NCBI GenBank assembly: GCA_951406725.2
Contig: OX597816.1
Location: 109,182,001 to 109,246,000, forward strand
Origin: Octopus vulgaris
Lineage: Eukaryota
Length of the DNA: 64,000 bases
Direction: 5' to 3'
Shown here: in pieces, positions 12,701 to 26,130 of the stretch
Numbering within the stretch: position 1 is the stretch's first letter
Layout: each line of letters opens with the position of its first letter
The notes under the pieces: generated by a model
Database searches by the model: none
What the model saw: the letters and a program-made list of their open reading frames with translations, nothing else
Told to the model about the DNA's origin: nothing
Translations under genes and position numbers: made by a program

Positions 12701-13654
12701 TCCTTGAAGTGAAAACAAGCAGCGATATTTAGTGGCGTTTGGTTTCAAATCATTAAATCGGTAGGTAATATGTGAGAAGTCACCAAGATAGGAACACGGT
12801 GAGCAGTAGTAAGATATTTGAAAAGATTCTCTTAAAGATTCTCTGTTGTTTAAAAACAACAGCGTTGTCAGAGTCATTGGGTAACACCAGTTAGATAAAA
12901 CGTTGAGGCTAAATAAACATAAGAAGTGCTTTACTCAACGCAGAAACAGTAGAAGCTATCTAAAAGTATAGCAAGCTCTTCTCTTCATGTTAACTAAATT
13001 TCTCAAAATATTGGAAACTCTTTTGCATTTTCAGCAGGTATCTCAGAATCACAAGCGTTTCATCTCTTAGCCTGTCTATTTTACCGGAGTGGGGTAGCGA
13101 GAACTAAATTAGGTTTCGTCTACAGAAGACTTTCCTCTGCGATGATTTGTCAACCACAACTAGCACTAACCGGCCTCAGCCATCGTGGCTATCTCATTGG
13201 CGGTTTCCTTCTGTTGTTTGGGTTCCAAGCCAATCTACTTCAGGAAATAGCGCAGAATGAATCTTTATTGTTTAGTTTAGTTTAGGAAATTAGCAAAAAT
13301 GCTAGGAATGTATTTGCCAGCGTATTCGCTGTGCTTGTATCTCAGAAAACGCTGAGTTGCGGCGGAAGATATTTTTCCATTGTTATTGTTTATTTCCGAG
13401 TTTTAGCAGCCTCAATTGTCATAACGAGAACCACCAGTTGAGAACCATTTACTTTATTCAGTTAAATGACTCAACTTCTATATACAAATTGCAAAGAGTA
13501 TACATTCGTATTTATTGTAAATGGCTGACAATTAACCTTCAACTAAAGTATATCATAATGCATCTGGAAACAGGAAGTTACAATTAGTAGTCTCACACAT
13601 ACACATACACACACGTATGTACACACAGACGCACATACACACAGACGCACATAC

Positions 13655-13685
<31 letters not shown>

Positions 13686-13826
13686 TGTACACACACATAT
13701 ACAGACATACACACACACGCGCGCAAACGCACACACAAAAGTATCTGTAACTGAAACGCACACACGAACATATTTTAACGTATGAGTTTAAGAGTTGTGA
13801 CATATGTCAAAAATATATTTTACGTA

Positions 13827-14142
13827 TTCTTTTATTCATTTACTTGTTTCTGTCATTTGACTGTGGCCATGCTGGAGCGCCACCTTGAAGGATTTTAGTC
13901 GGACATATTGACCATAGGTCATATTTATTTTAAGGTCTCTTTTGCTGAACCGCTAAGTTACGGAGACGTAAACACACCAACACTAGTTGTCAAGCGGCGG
14001 TGGGGGGGGGACAAACACAGATACATAGACACATATATAGAGATACACATACACATCCATGTACACACATATTTACGATGGGCTTCTTTCGGTTTCCGTG
14101 TACCAAATCGACTCACAAGGCTTTGGTCAGCTCAAGGCTATA
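13827..14142 (-). mobile_element. SINE family A, lacking its head
   Basis: Reverse complement of the body and tail of 17656-18071. Confidence 0.85.
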
Positions 14143-14144
14143 TG

Positions 14145-14900
14145 CAAAGATAGTTGTACCGTCTGAAGTCACCTTTTTGCCAGTTCTTTGATTTCACACC
14201 GATGCCAGTTCTTCTCTTTCAAGGCGAAGAACTCCTTCACTGAAGCTTCCACCTCCCCTTGGTTGACGAAGCATCACGAGTGCAGGAAGTGATCCATGAA
14301 TCGGAACAAGTAATAATCCGAAGGAGTTAGGTTCGAACTATAAGCCGGGGGTGGCATCAGTTCGATTCATTCAAGTTCCTGGAGTTTATTCCAGGTCTTT
14401 CGAACGGTATGAGGTCTTGCATTTGTTTGCTGCAGAAGAGCTCGTTTTTTGTTAACCAATGTCGGGTATTTAGCTGCAGACTGGCATAAATCTGTGAGAT
14501 GCCAAGCTCGCCTAATACTTCCCGGATACGACTCACCGGATTTGCCTTATCCTATCTTAGAGGTTCTTGCAACCTGAGCGAAATTTCTTCAGCTATCTGT
14601 TACTGAACTGTGATCAACTGCGCCTTCATTTTTCGCGCAACAAATGTCTTTGGTTGCTTCCACGGTGTTATGGCCTAATTCAAACACGTAAGGCATAAGA
14701 CCCTGAATTAGATTAGGTTGAACGTTCATCTGTGCGGCTTTCAAATCGTATACAGAGTGAAAGAATGCACAACATGTCAGTGAACTAACCACTACGATAC
14801 TACCAACCTCAGCGGGTATCTTCCACAGTTTGAACAGCTTCAGCCACATAATATATACGCCGCAAACTAGCATGTATGCAAATATTGTAAAACTCGCCTC
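14145..14900 (-). mobile_element. Mariner remnants (catalytic C-terminus and N-terminal HTH, possibly two families)
   Basis: NARPHT...PPAYSSNLTPSDYYLF at 14300-14440; FELGHNTVEATKDIC at 14640-14690. Confidence 0.82.
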
Positions 14901-15928
14901 CATATATCAAATTAACTTTTCACATTATCATTTTGTCTTCTAAAAGTTTACACAAATAACTTAATAGATTAATACTTAAACACTTGCACTCATACGCATG
15001 CACATAAAACTGACATTTAACATACAGGCATTAGTGTTTGAGTTTTACACATTACTGATTAATTTGAATTTAATTAATCGAATTTTAACTAATTTGATTT
15101 TTATTTTAGCACATGATGCATTATAGTCTTAATTTAGAATTAATTCTAATTCATAGACTATAATAAGTTTGTATATATATACTTTTTTGAGATCAATTTA
15201 AGCTGATAATTTTCTTAATTGAAACCGCTGTTTGATTATATTATTCATGTTAATTTTTCCTTTTCTTTCTTGATCTAACCAATATACATATAAGCATACA
15301 ATAAATAACAGTCACTATTATACAAACACACATACATATACATACACAAAATAACACAAAATACTTTTCCATCTTCCTTTTATTACCTACATTATGTCAA
15401 TTTAAATATTCTTCATTTGACCACTATTTGATCACTCTTGATTTGCTTGACCGCTCTTACCTTTAATATTATATTTAGCCTTTTATCTCTATAGAAATAA
15501 CATCCTTGCATCATATTTCTTACTTGATACACACTGACCCCTATCTTTACCTCTTTGTTTTTTTGTTCTGTTTTCCATTTGTCTTTACGTAGTCATCCTC
15601 AATTAACAACGTTTAAAATTCTTTATCAGACTTTAAACTCATCCATCAGAATTTCGTTCTGAGAATTTTAACTACAACTGTAGTTTTCCACCTCAGCATC
15701 GTTTCCTAATAACGAAGCTTTCCTTATATCAACACGAGAAACATATTTTTCATTACTGTTTGGATAAACTGCCATGTGAAACTTGAAGTATTACGCAAAA
15801 CAAATTTTAAAGCAGATTTGACACTACTCATGGTATTGAGTTTCGTTTTCATTAAATATTCGGTTCTTGTCTTTTACAAATAACTTTAACACAATAACTG
15901 TAATAAAACACACACGCGCATATATATT

Positions 15929-15967
<39 letters not shown>

Positions 15968-16097
15968 AACGTCTATTAAAATTTTTCCTATATCTATAGC
16001 TATTTGGGAAATGGTCACCAGTTAATGCCAGGAATTTTTTTTACCTACGTTAGTCTTAACATTCAAAGCGAAATATAAAATATACATGCATACATTG

Positions 16098-16098
16098 C

Positions 16099-16172
<74 letters not shown>
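16098..16172. repeat. (CTAT)n microsatellite
   Basis: Perfect tetranucleotide run next to the LINE 3' end. Confidence 0.97.
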
Positions 16173-16184
16173 GTTTTTATACGT

Positions 16185-16872
16185 TTCAGCCCAAAAGGCT
16201 AGGGCATCACCAGTGTAATCACCTTTTCGACGGCCAATTTCATGTGACTGGTTTTTGATGAAGGAGGTACTTCAACACTGCTGTTCTCTTTTGAGTCTCC
16301 TACCTTGATATTGGTTCAGCTGTAACGTTGGATAGCAATAGGTCAAGTTGTTTCTTGAAAACATCCACCCCGACTCGATGATGATTCCTTAGATGTTTTA
16401 GCAAGGCGTTAAATAGATATGGGCTCTTGAATTCCAAGCTATTGCAGTACATGATCCTCACTCTAGATGGGATAGCTGAGACCTTTGGGACAGTGCAGTG
16501 ATGTCCAGTTCAGGGTCTGATATAGCTCTCAATTCCTAAGTTTAGTGCCAGCCTCTCCAATATCTTCCACACATATATCACTGCACACTTTCCCCGCCTT
16601 CCAGTGAGTAGAATCGTAGGTCTTTCAGTGTCTCTCAGTAGCCCAGCTGTTCCATTGATGCAATCTTCCTTCTGCACCACTTCTAGGTCCGCTATTAATC
16701 TGACACTGTAGAGCCCATAGGACCAGCATAGTTTCCTGGTCCTTCGTTCTGAAGGTTCTCAGTATCCATTTGGCCATTCGCTTGCACACTGCCACCCTCC
16801 TGGTAATATGCATATTAAACGAGGCATCGTTGCTCATATCAATCCCGAGATCACGCATCATATGTGATTGTG
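16185..16872 (-). mobile_element. CR1-like LINE 3' fragment
   Basis: RDLGIDMSNDASFNMHI...WILRTFRTKD; same family as 59430-61142. Confidence 0.82.
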
Positions 16873-17066
16873 GTATAATTATTACATTATAAATACATAC
16901 AAACATCCATCCATCCATCCACCCATCCATCCAAACATACATACATACATAAATACATACATGCATACATACATACATACATACATACATACATACATAC
17001 ATACATACATACATGCATACACATATTTATCTATTTATCTGTCTGTCTATCTGTTTATCTATAATT

Positions 17067-17456
17067 GAATAAGTTGGAGTCAACAAGAGGAACATTTATT
17101 TGTAATCACTACAATTGTTTCTAAGAAGCGTTGTTTTCTAGGTTCGCAGGTGTTTGGTTACGTAACTGTTTCCTTGCAACACATATTTTGATACACTGAG
17201 TGGTTACTACTACCTCGCAAGCCACGACAAATAGAAAGGATGCCCTCAAAGCTGAGAATTTGAGTTTGCAGAACACAGAAACAATATTTATATATCACCC
17301 GAGGAAACACAACAAGATCTCACAATGCAGAAAAACGGTTACATAACCAAATACTTGCGAACGTGCGAACCTGGAGAACTACGCTGCGTGGAAACAGTTG
17401 TAGTGATTACAAATAAATGTGCCTCTGTACTCTCTCTTGTTGACTCCAACTTATTC
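17067..17456. repeat. Fold-back inverted repeat with degenerate HHR-like motif
   Basis: Arms about 17067-17200 and 17300-17456; right arm CTGGAGA-ACTACGCTGCGTG-GAAA-CAGTTG-TA. Confidence 0.75.
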
Positions 17457-17595
17457 ATCTATCCCTTCACACACTACTGAAACCCCAACGCAAATTTAGC
17501 AGTATGTATAATACTACTGTTAGATAGTGCTGGGTGAAATCTGAAGTGGACAAGCTTTACATTGTACTCTACTACGTTCTTAACAGAATATAGCC

Positions 17596-17655
<60 letters not shown>

Positions 17656-17657
<2 letters not shown>

Positions 17658-17800
17658 CATAGGAGTGGCTGTGTGGCAAGTAGCTTGCTTACGAACCGCA
17701 TAGTTCAGTCCCACTGCGTGACACATTGGGCAAGTGTCTACTATAGCATCGGGATGTGGATTTGGTAGACGGAAACTGAAAGAAACCCGTCGTATATATG

Positions 17801-17836
<36 letters not shown>

Positions 17837-18071
17837 CGTGTGTGTGTGTGTGTGTGTGTATATGTTTGTGTGTCTGTGTTTGTCCCCCCAACATCGTTTG
17901 ACAACCGATGCTGGTGTGTTTACGTCCCCGTAACTTAGCGGTTCGGCAAAAGAGACCGATAGGATAAGTACTAGGCTTACAAAGAATAAGTCCTGGGGTC
18001 GATTTGCTCAACTAAAAGGCGGTGCTCCAGCATGGCAAAAAATGACTGAAACAAGTAAAAGAGTAAAAGAA
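17656..18071 (+). mobile_element. Full-length SINE family A with internal (TA)n(TG)n
   Basis: tRNA-like head, internal microsatellite, tail GACTGAAACAAGTAAAAGAGTAAAAGA. Confidence 0.9.
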
Positions 18072-18512
18072 TATACACACACTCCCTCACACACGTATGC
18101 CTAAACACACATACACACATTTAATAAGCTTTCAAAACAATTTCGAGAGAAACTATTTTCTACAGCTGGATAACATGACAACTGATGAAATAATGACTAA
18201 AACAAAACTGACATCTTGAACTGTCATTAACTTCAACCATCCCAGAAAAAGACCCTTTTTTACAGCTGGGTAGCATGACAACTGACCATAAGGATGCAAT
18301 GCAATTTCAAATATCCATTATATTTGAAATATTCTTTCTTTTTCTTTTTCTTTCAATCTTTCCTTCTTTTTTCTTTTCTTCGTGCATTTCAAAATAACAA
18401 AGGATAGTTTCCTCCCACGTCAACTCCATTTTTTTCGACTAACTCACACACACACTCACACACACAGACACACAGACACACACACACAGACACACAGACA
18501 CACAGACACACA

Positions 18513-18585
<73 letters not shown>

Positions 18586-18628
18586 TTTACAAAAAAAGTC
18601 ATAAATTTTCTGTAAAAAAAATTCATTC

Positions 18629-18661
18629 CTGATGAATCTCTGAAACGAAATGAAAGCGCTC
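18629..18661 (+). ncRNA. Minimal HHR-like motif
   Basis: CTGATGA-N16-GAAA-GCG-CTC; palindromic helix III AGCGCT; helices I and II weak. Confidence 0.5.
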
Positions 18662-18826
18662 TATAAATAATTACCCCAAATACTGACTTGCCCCTTTTTC
18701 TTAATATATAAAATTTTGTGCACCACTTCAAAAAACAACCTATACACACACACACACACACACATAATATATATATATATATATATGTCACTTTCCCTCA
18801 TCTCTCTCCCACTTCCGCTCACTCTT

Positions 18827-18899
<73 letters not shown>

Positions 18900-19899
18900 T
18901 AATGGGATGAGCATATGACAAGAACTTTTAACTATCTGATGGAAGTAGAATCATTGTTATGGGTGAGAGACAGTTTCCACATAATCCACTGGATATGAAC
19001 ATCGAAAAAAACTTCCAGTTTCATTTACATGTGTGCTATATGCCTGAACTTGTCTCTACGTGTATGCATACGATAATGTGCACATGTACATATATAATAC
19101 GTTGTACAGATATGTATGTGTGTGTGTGTAGGTGGGTATATCTATCTTGCATATGTAGTATGTGTACATATGTATATGTATGTATATGTGTGTATACCTG
19201 ACAGTCACACGCTCACACGCACACGCACGTACACACACAAACATATATGATGTTTTATCTGTGTAACCCATATATCTGAACACTTGATTTGTGTGCATGC
19301 AAATGCCTACGTATACATTGGAGTAAATAGACATGCGTCTCCCAAACATTCAATTTATAGATAAATAGCCTTTCTATACACACACACACACACACACATA
19401 CACACACGGGCACGGGCACACACACATGCACACACATACACATACACACAAACACATACATACACTCATATATCTACATGTACCCATACACACGTGCACA
19501 CGCTCATACACCTATATATATATGCCTGTATGTATGTATGCGTGCGTTATTGTGTATATGTATATGTGTGTGTGTCTGATATGTATATGTGTGTATCTGT
19601 ATGTGTGTGCGTGCCTATACAGGTATCTGTCTTCTGCTTTATTTCAACAGGAATTTATGTCCTTATCGTGCAGACATAGCGACGCTATGCACTGAATCCA
19701 AGAACACGCTAAAGCTGCGGGTGGAGCAAGCAAATGGGTTTGCTAACAGTATCGAGAAGATGAAGTAGGATAATATCGATTTGTCATTAATCGTATCAGA
19801 AGTATTAATGATGGCAAAATGGGATTCATTCGAAGATTTATTAAAGTCCCGACGGACGAGGTCGGTTTCGGCTTATTGGTTGTGGCTTGTTTGTTTGCT

Positions 19900-20680
19900 T
19901 ATTTGTTTGCTGTTATTGTTGTTGTTTGGTTGTGTTGGTGTCGGTAAGTGTTCGAAATGCTGCGTAGGTGGTGGGAGGTGAGTTTTGTTGTTCTTGGTAG
20001 TGGTTGTGGTGTTGGTGGTGGTTGTGGTGTTGGTGGTGGTTGTGGTGATGGTGGTGGTTATAGTGCTGATGCTGGGTGTGGTGATGGTAGTGGTTGTGGT
20101 GTGGGTGTTGGTGGTGGTTTTGGTGTTGGTGGTGGTTATGGTGTTGATGCTGGTTGTGGTGTCAATGTCGGTTGTTGTGTTGATGATGATGATGGTGGTG
20201 TTTGTGATTGTTGTGGTGTTGGTGGTGGTTGTTATGTTGGTGGTGGTTGTGGTGGTGGTTGAGGTGTTGGTGGTGGTTGTGATGTTGGTGGCGGTTATGG
20301 TGTCAATGTCGGTTGTTGTGTTGGTGGTAGTTGTGATGTTGGTGGTGGCTGTGGTGTTGATGGTGGTTGTGGTTCTTACGGGTGTGATGTTGGTGGTGGC
20401 TGTGGTATTGGTGGTGGATATGGTTGTTGATGGTATTTGTGGTGTTCTGGTGGTTGTGGTGTTGGTGTTTATGTTGGTGGTGTTGGTTCTTGTGTTGACG
20501 ATAGTTGGAATGTTGGTTCTGGTGTTGATAATAGTTGTGTTGTTGGTAGTTGTCGTATTGATGGCGACTCTAATTATTGATGGCAGGTGTTGTGTTGGTA
20601 GTAGTTGTGGTGTTGATTGCAGTGGCGGTGTTGATAATGTTGACGTTCATGCTGGCAGTGGTGTTTGTGGTTTTCATATT
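19900..20680. repeat. Degenerate (GGT/GTT)n low-complexity tract
   Basis: GT-rich triplet periodicity. Confidence 0.93.
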
Positions 20681-20783
20681 GGTAGCTACTATTTAGTCTC
20701 AAGTTAGTCCTAATTATGCAAACCTCTAATCAAAGACGTCCCAACCTTGATAATCTTTTTTATTTCTATATCTAACACTAGAC

Positions 20784-21524
20784 CAGAGGTTCTCAACTAT
20801 TTTGTTATCTATGGACCCATTTGATTACTATATTATTCTGGTTATGGGGATCCCCTCATAACCATTCGATGTTTAGAAACTAGTTTTATAGAAATGTCTT
20901 TCAAAATTCCTATTTTGTTTTTCAAGAAGAAAACCTTGCAATACATACCAATACATACATCTTTAGCAACATTTTTGGATCTTTTCGGTTTGAACGGCTG
21001 TTTTTTTCTAGCGGTGTCGTATGAAATTGTCACCCATAATTATGACCCTAGTATCGATCGATATTATTTCAATCTGTTTTAGGGTTAGGGTTAGGGTCAG
21101 CGGTGGGGGGAAGGGTATCTTTTTTTCTTCACAAATGTTAATAAACCCAATCTGTTTCTTAAACGGGGGACATATTCATACAGCACAGAATGTTTTTTTT
21201 TACCTCAATAGACGTATTTGATTGGTTGAAATTGCAGAAATTGAAGAAAAAGAAACAACAAATATCTTACAAACTATAGAATTTTCTCAATAAAGCCAAG
21301 AGAAAAAGGTTTTATAAACACATTCTACCAGTATACGAAGTTTAAAATTTTTTAGTTACCTGGAAATTATTTTAAAAACTGCCGTTCAAACCAAAATAGT
21401 CCAATTTTTTCAAGGGGCCCTTAAATACTATTGTTGATCCCTAATTTACTATTTTGTTGTGTGGACCCCGCAAAATCTTATATAGATCTTTAGGGGCCTA
21501 ATGCACCCCAGTTGAGAACCATTG
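20784..21524. mobile_element. hAT (Charlie/Buster-type) MITE
   Basis: TIRs CAGAGGTTCTCAACT / AGTTGAGAACCATTG; 8-bp flanks CACTAGAC and TACCAGAC (6/8). Confidence 0.85.
20977..21402. mobile_element. Nested MITE with internal (TTAGGG)3
   Basis: TIRs GGATCTTTTCGGTTTGAACGGC / GCCGTTCAAACCAAAATAGTCC. Confidence 0.8.
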
Positions 21525-21679
21525 TACCAGACAGTCCAAAGTCTTCTTCAATTTTTAAAAGATATTAGGGTGTGATTTGAGAGATATTGGGTGGTATTTT
21601 TTGCAGATTGAGTAACCGCATAGAAGCAAATTTGTTGGTTCGTGTCTGTCGTTGTTGTCAGCACTCATGATAATGATGC

Positions 21680-22632
21680 TTATGATTGTGGTGGTAGTAG
21701 GTGGTAGTTAGCTTTGTATGAAGGCTGTGTCTGTAGCAGTGGTAGCAATAGTCATGATAGCCTTGGAGGTAGTAGTAACAAAAGAGATATCTGTGAGTAT
21801 ATTTATCATGGTGGAGTTGGCAGTAATAGTAATAATGGTGGTTATAGCAGTTATGGTGGTGTGATACTAGGTGGTAATGTTGGTGGTGATAGTGTTGGTG
21901 GTAGTGTTGGTAGTAGTAGTCATACTGTTGGTTGTGGGAGTGTTGGTGGCAGTGGTGGTGGTTAGTGGGAGCGGTGGTTATGGTGGTTGTGATGTTGGTA
22001 GTGGTAGTATTTGGTGGTTATAGCAGTTATGGTGGTGTGATACTAGGTGGTAATGTTGGTGGTGATAGTGTTGGTGGTAGTGTTGGTAGTAGTAGTCATA
22101 CTGTTGGTTGTGGGAGTGTTGGTGGCAGTGGTGGTGGTTAGTGGGAGCGGTGGTTATGGTTGGAATGGTGTTGGTAGTGGTAATATTTGTAGTTGTCTTT
22201 ATGATAGTGATGGAAGTAGGGGTGGTGGTGGTAGTGTTGTGGTAGTAGTGTTGGTGGTTGTAGTAGTGTTGGTGATGGTAGTAGTTGTAGTAAGGGTAGT
22301 AGTGGTGGTAGTGTTGTTTTGGTAGTGTTCGTGGTGGTAGTGGTAGTGATGGTAGTTTTGGTAGTGGTAGTGTTGGTGGTGGTAGTGTTAGTGGTGGCAG
22401 TATTGGTGGTGGTAGTGTTGTTTTGGTAGTGTTCGTGGTGGTAATGATCGTGATGGTAGTGTTGGTGGTGGTAGTGGTAGAGGTGATGGTGGTAGTATTG
22501 CTTTGGTAATGGTAGTGCTGGTAGTGGTAGTGTTGGTGGTGGTAGTGGTAGTGGTGGTAGTGTTAGTGGTGGTAGCGGTGGTTGTGTTTGTGGTGGTAGG
22601 GGTGAGGGTAGTGGTAGTGCTAGTGATGGTGA
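21680..22632. repeat. (GGT/AGT)n low-complexity tract with a ~176-bp-period duplication
   Basis: 21837-21983 repeated at about 22013-22159. Confidence 0.9.
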
Positions 22633-22828
22633 CGGAAGCAACATCGACTGTGGTGCAGTAGATGATGAGATATGATGTTTGTCGAGCTGTTAGTGATTTC
22701 GTATGTTTGTAAGTAGACCCAGATTCGCTCGATAAGTGCGTAGAGCAACAAAGGGTGATGACACCGTATAATATTTTCCAGTACTGGATTTGCCATGAGA
22801 TAAAGCATAAATAATTGCTTCTATATTA

Positions 22829-22983
22829 GCGCAGGCATGGATGTGGAAGTTTGCTTCCAAACCACATGGTTCCAGGTTCAGTCCCACTGTGTGGCACCTT
22901 GGTCAAGTGTCTTATATTATAGCCACGGGCTGAGTAAAAATTTATGAGTGGATTTAGTAGACAAAAACTAAAAGAAACCCGTT
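22829..22983 (+). mobile_element. SINE family A 5' half
   Basis: Head through AAAGAAACCCGT, then (CA)n; matching 3' half at 25911-26130. Confidence 0.85.
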
Positions 22984-22986
22984 TAT

Positions 22987-23060
<74 letters not shown>

Positions 23061-23096
23061 AACACACACACACATATATATGTAAATAGGTATACG

Positions 23097-23314
23097 TGTG
23101 TCTGGGAAGAGTCATTTTGTTTTAGTACCTTATTAATTTAACACACTCACCGATTTCATCTCATTTATTTATTTATTTATTTTTACTAAAATTTTTGTTA
23201 TGACTTGCAAGCTTTTCAACGAAAATTTTAGTAAAAATAAATAAGTAAATGAGTGGAAATCGATGAGTGTATTAAATTAATAAGGCACTAAGAGAGAATG
23301 ACTCTCCCCAGACA
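23097..23314. repeat. Fold-back inverted repeat, ~100-bp arms
   Basis: GTGTCTGGGAAGAGTCATT...ACTAAAATTTTTGTT versus AACGAAAATTTTAGT...AATGACTCTCCCAGACAC. Confidence 0.88.
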
Positions 23315-23388
23315 CAATAAAATATGCTTCACTTCAGCTCACGAATACACATAAAGAATCTTGCATATTACATACAAAAACGATACAT

Positions 23389-23479
<91 letters not shown>

Positions 23480-23481
<2 letters not shown>

Positions 23482-24676
23482 AAGCTGTTTCATACGAAAT
23501 ATATTTGAATGGTAACAATAAAATGCTTCAGAAGTGTTAGAGAAATGATTTATTTAATCAAAGTACGATCCATATTCATTTATGACGTCTACCCAACGTT
23601 TTGTCTATGCCATATATTCCATCTTTAAAAGAAAATTCATCTTTTGCTGTAATAAACTGTCCGAATGCTTCAATTACCTCTTCTCTATTTAAGAATGTTT
23701 CATTGTTTATGAAATGCTCAAAATACTTAAATAAGTGATGATCGGTAGGAGAGATATAAGGGGAACAAAGAGGATGTTGCAAAATATCATAATACAGGCT
23801 TTGCAACTTTTGGACAGTAGCTTGAGGAGTGTGAGGACGTGCATTGTCGTGGAGCAAACTTGGGCCATCTCTATTCACTAGTCTAGGTTGCTTCTTTTTC
23901 AAATTCTCATGCATACAATCAATTTCCTGGCAACACGATGTTACTGTAACCTTTTTTCCTTGTTCCAAAAATGAATAACTCTCTTCGCAGACCACATACA
24001 GTGACAACCAACTTCTTAGGGTGTAATGGTGGGTTTGGGTAGTGTTTAGGTGACTCTCCTGCATCTAACCACTGTCCTATTTTCCTGCTGTTGTTAAAAA
24101 GTATCCATTTCTCATCACAAGTAATGATTTGATGCAAAAATGGTCTTTTTCCAGTCGAGAAAGCAATAAAAAGTACACTTCGAGGCGTCTGTTTTTTTTA
24201 TGAATCTCTTTTACTTCAAGTGGAACAAACCTATTCGTTTTCTTGACTTTTTCAATATTTTACAGGTGTCCAAAAACAGTTGTGCGAGATGTTCAACCAT
24301 AGCATTTAATCCATCATGCCAAATAACTGATTTTGGCCTACTGCTTTGTCTATTTTCAAGGCTATCATCTCCTGAACGAGAGCTTTGGATCCATCTCTGA
24401 ACAGTTCTGATGCCAACAAAACCATTACCAAAGTCCTGCTTGATATTCCGTAGAGCTTCTGCGACGGAGTGACCCAGTTTGTACTTATACGAGAAAATCA
24501 CTCCACATAGTTTGGTTGTTATCATTTTCTTAAGGTTTGTGTGTACGAATTTTGTATACCAATATTGTTAGGAAAGAAAAATGTCGAGATTAAATGTAAG
24601 GTATATATAATTGAGTTTTTAAATGACTGAAATAACAAGTAATTAAAAATGATACATTTCATATGAAACAACCTAA
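23480..24676 (-). mobile_element. Near full-length mariner with frameshifted transposase
   Basis: TIR TTAGGTTGTTTCATATGAAAT with a degenerate left copy, TA flanks; motifs RTVQRW, IITCDEKW, LHPKK, LLHDNARPH, SPYISPTDHHLF. Confidence 0.95.
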
Positions 24677-24722
24677 TATATATATGTATATATATATATG
24701 TGTGTGCGTGTGTGTGTATCGA

Positions 24723-25021
24723 AGACCCCCTTCGGTCACGAATGACAACGGGATTGTACCTAGAAAGTTACCATCCGAGGCACAAGTCCGAATGCATACC
24801 AGCCTCCCCTCTCCACATCACCGATGTTATCCAAGGGAAAGGCAAAGACCGATACAGCTTGGCACGGTGATGTCGCAACTCATTTCTACAGCTGAGTTAA
24901 TTGGTGCAACGTGAAATAAAGTGTCTTGCTCAAGAACACAACACGCAGCCCGGTCCGGGATTCGAACTCACAAACTCATGGTCGTAAATTCGACGCTCTA
25001 ACTACTGAGCCATGCACCTTC
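24723..25021 (-). mobile_element. CORE-like tRNA SINE family B2
   Basis: Reverse complement of 47355-47670; A/B boxes and CTTGAGCAAGACACTTTATTTCACGTTG. Confidence 0.87.
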
Positions 25022-25048
25022 ACTCATATATATATCCATACATATATA

Positions 25049-25905
25049 CAGGGAGCGATGGGTAAATTGTCGCCATTTTATATTCTTAATTTCGCACATG
25101 TGCATTGTTTGTTTATGATTTTGTCGACTACACCGTATAGAAGGGTCAGCTAGGCACCGTCTATGACAAAAAACTGTACCATGACGCAATTAACTCTGCC
25201 AGAAATTTGGAAACGAGATGCTTGGCATTCGCGCAGGAAGCTCCAATACGAAAATTTCAGAGTGCTTGGGTGTCAATCTGAGGACAGCGCAATCTGAAGA
25301 CATGTATCGAGTGTTATAAAAATCAAACATCCAGCCAGCATCATGGTGTTTGGAGTGATCACTAGTGATAGCGACGTTATGCCTCCATTCATCTTCCCAC
25401 ACGGCTTCAGACTCAACACGGAGGCCTACCCCAAGTACCTGGAGAAGTTAGTGCTGCCCTGAGTCAAGAGGGTGGCTGCTGGAAGACCCTATGTCTAGCA
25501 ACAGGACTCTTCTCCATGCCACACAAGCAGGAGAACCCAGCCATGGCTGTCAGACAATTTCTGCGACCACATCACCCCTAACATCTGGCCACCTAGCTCC
25601 CTAGGCTGCAATCCTTGATGTGTGGGGTGCAGTTGAGCGAAAGACCAACAAAACTACACCAAAGATGAACTGAAGGCCAGGATAATGGCAGCATTCACCA
25701 ACTTGTCCAGAAGAGTTGCAGGAGATTCCGAAGTCGTCTAGATGCCGTGGTTGAAGCCAATGGCGATTTTGTTGAACATATTTACTCTTTAGTATTTCAA
25801 GATATTTTTATGCAATAATTTTGGTAAATGTATCTGTTAAAATGAGATGTCGATGTTATTTTCACTTTTGCGTAATTCAGACGACAGTTTATTCACCGCA
25901 CCCTG
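25049..25905 (+). mobile_element. Internally deleted maT/DD37D Tc1-mariner element
   Basis: TIRs CAGGGAGCGATGGGTAAATTGTCG / CGACAGTTTATTCACCGCACCCTG; QQDSSPCH...WPPSSLGCNP(L)D gives 37 residues between the last two Asp if one frameshift is repaired. Confidence 0.88.
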
Positions 25906-25910
25906 AATAT

Positions 25911-26130
25911 CTGTGTGTGTGTGTGTTTGTTTTTGTCCCCGCCACCCACTGCTAGACAACTGGTTTTAGTGTGTTTGCGTCCCCGTAACCTAGCGGTTCG
26001 GCAAATGAGGCCGATACATTAAGTGCTAAGTTTTAAAAAAGAATATTAAGTGTTGGGGTAGATTCGTTCGACTAAAATACTTTAAGGTGGTGCACCAGCA
26101 TGGGCTGAAGCAAGCAATAGATAAATGATA
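25911..26130 (+). mobile_element. SINE family A 3' half
   Basis: TTTGTCCCC...CCCCGTAACCTAGCGGTTCGGCAAA...GGTGGTGCACCAGCATGG. Confidence 0.82.

Noticed and set aside
19948-22644. Val-, Gly- and Pro/His-rich ORFs up to 240 aa
   Set aside because: Produced by stop-poor (GGT)n low-complexity DNA that is open in several frames.
23576-24525. Functional or domesticated transposase
   Set aside because: Split over three frames by frameshifts and bounded by TIRs.
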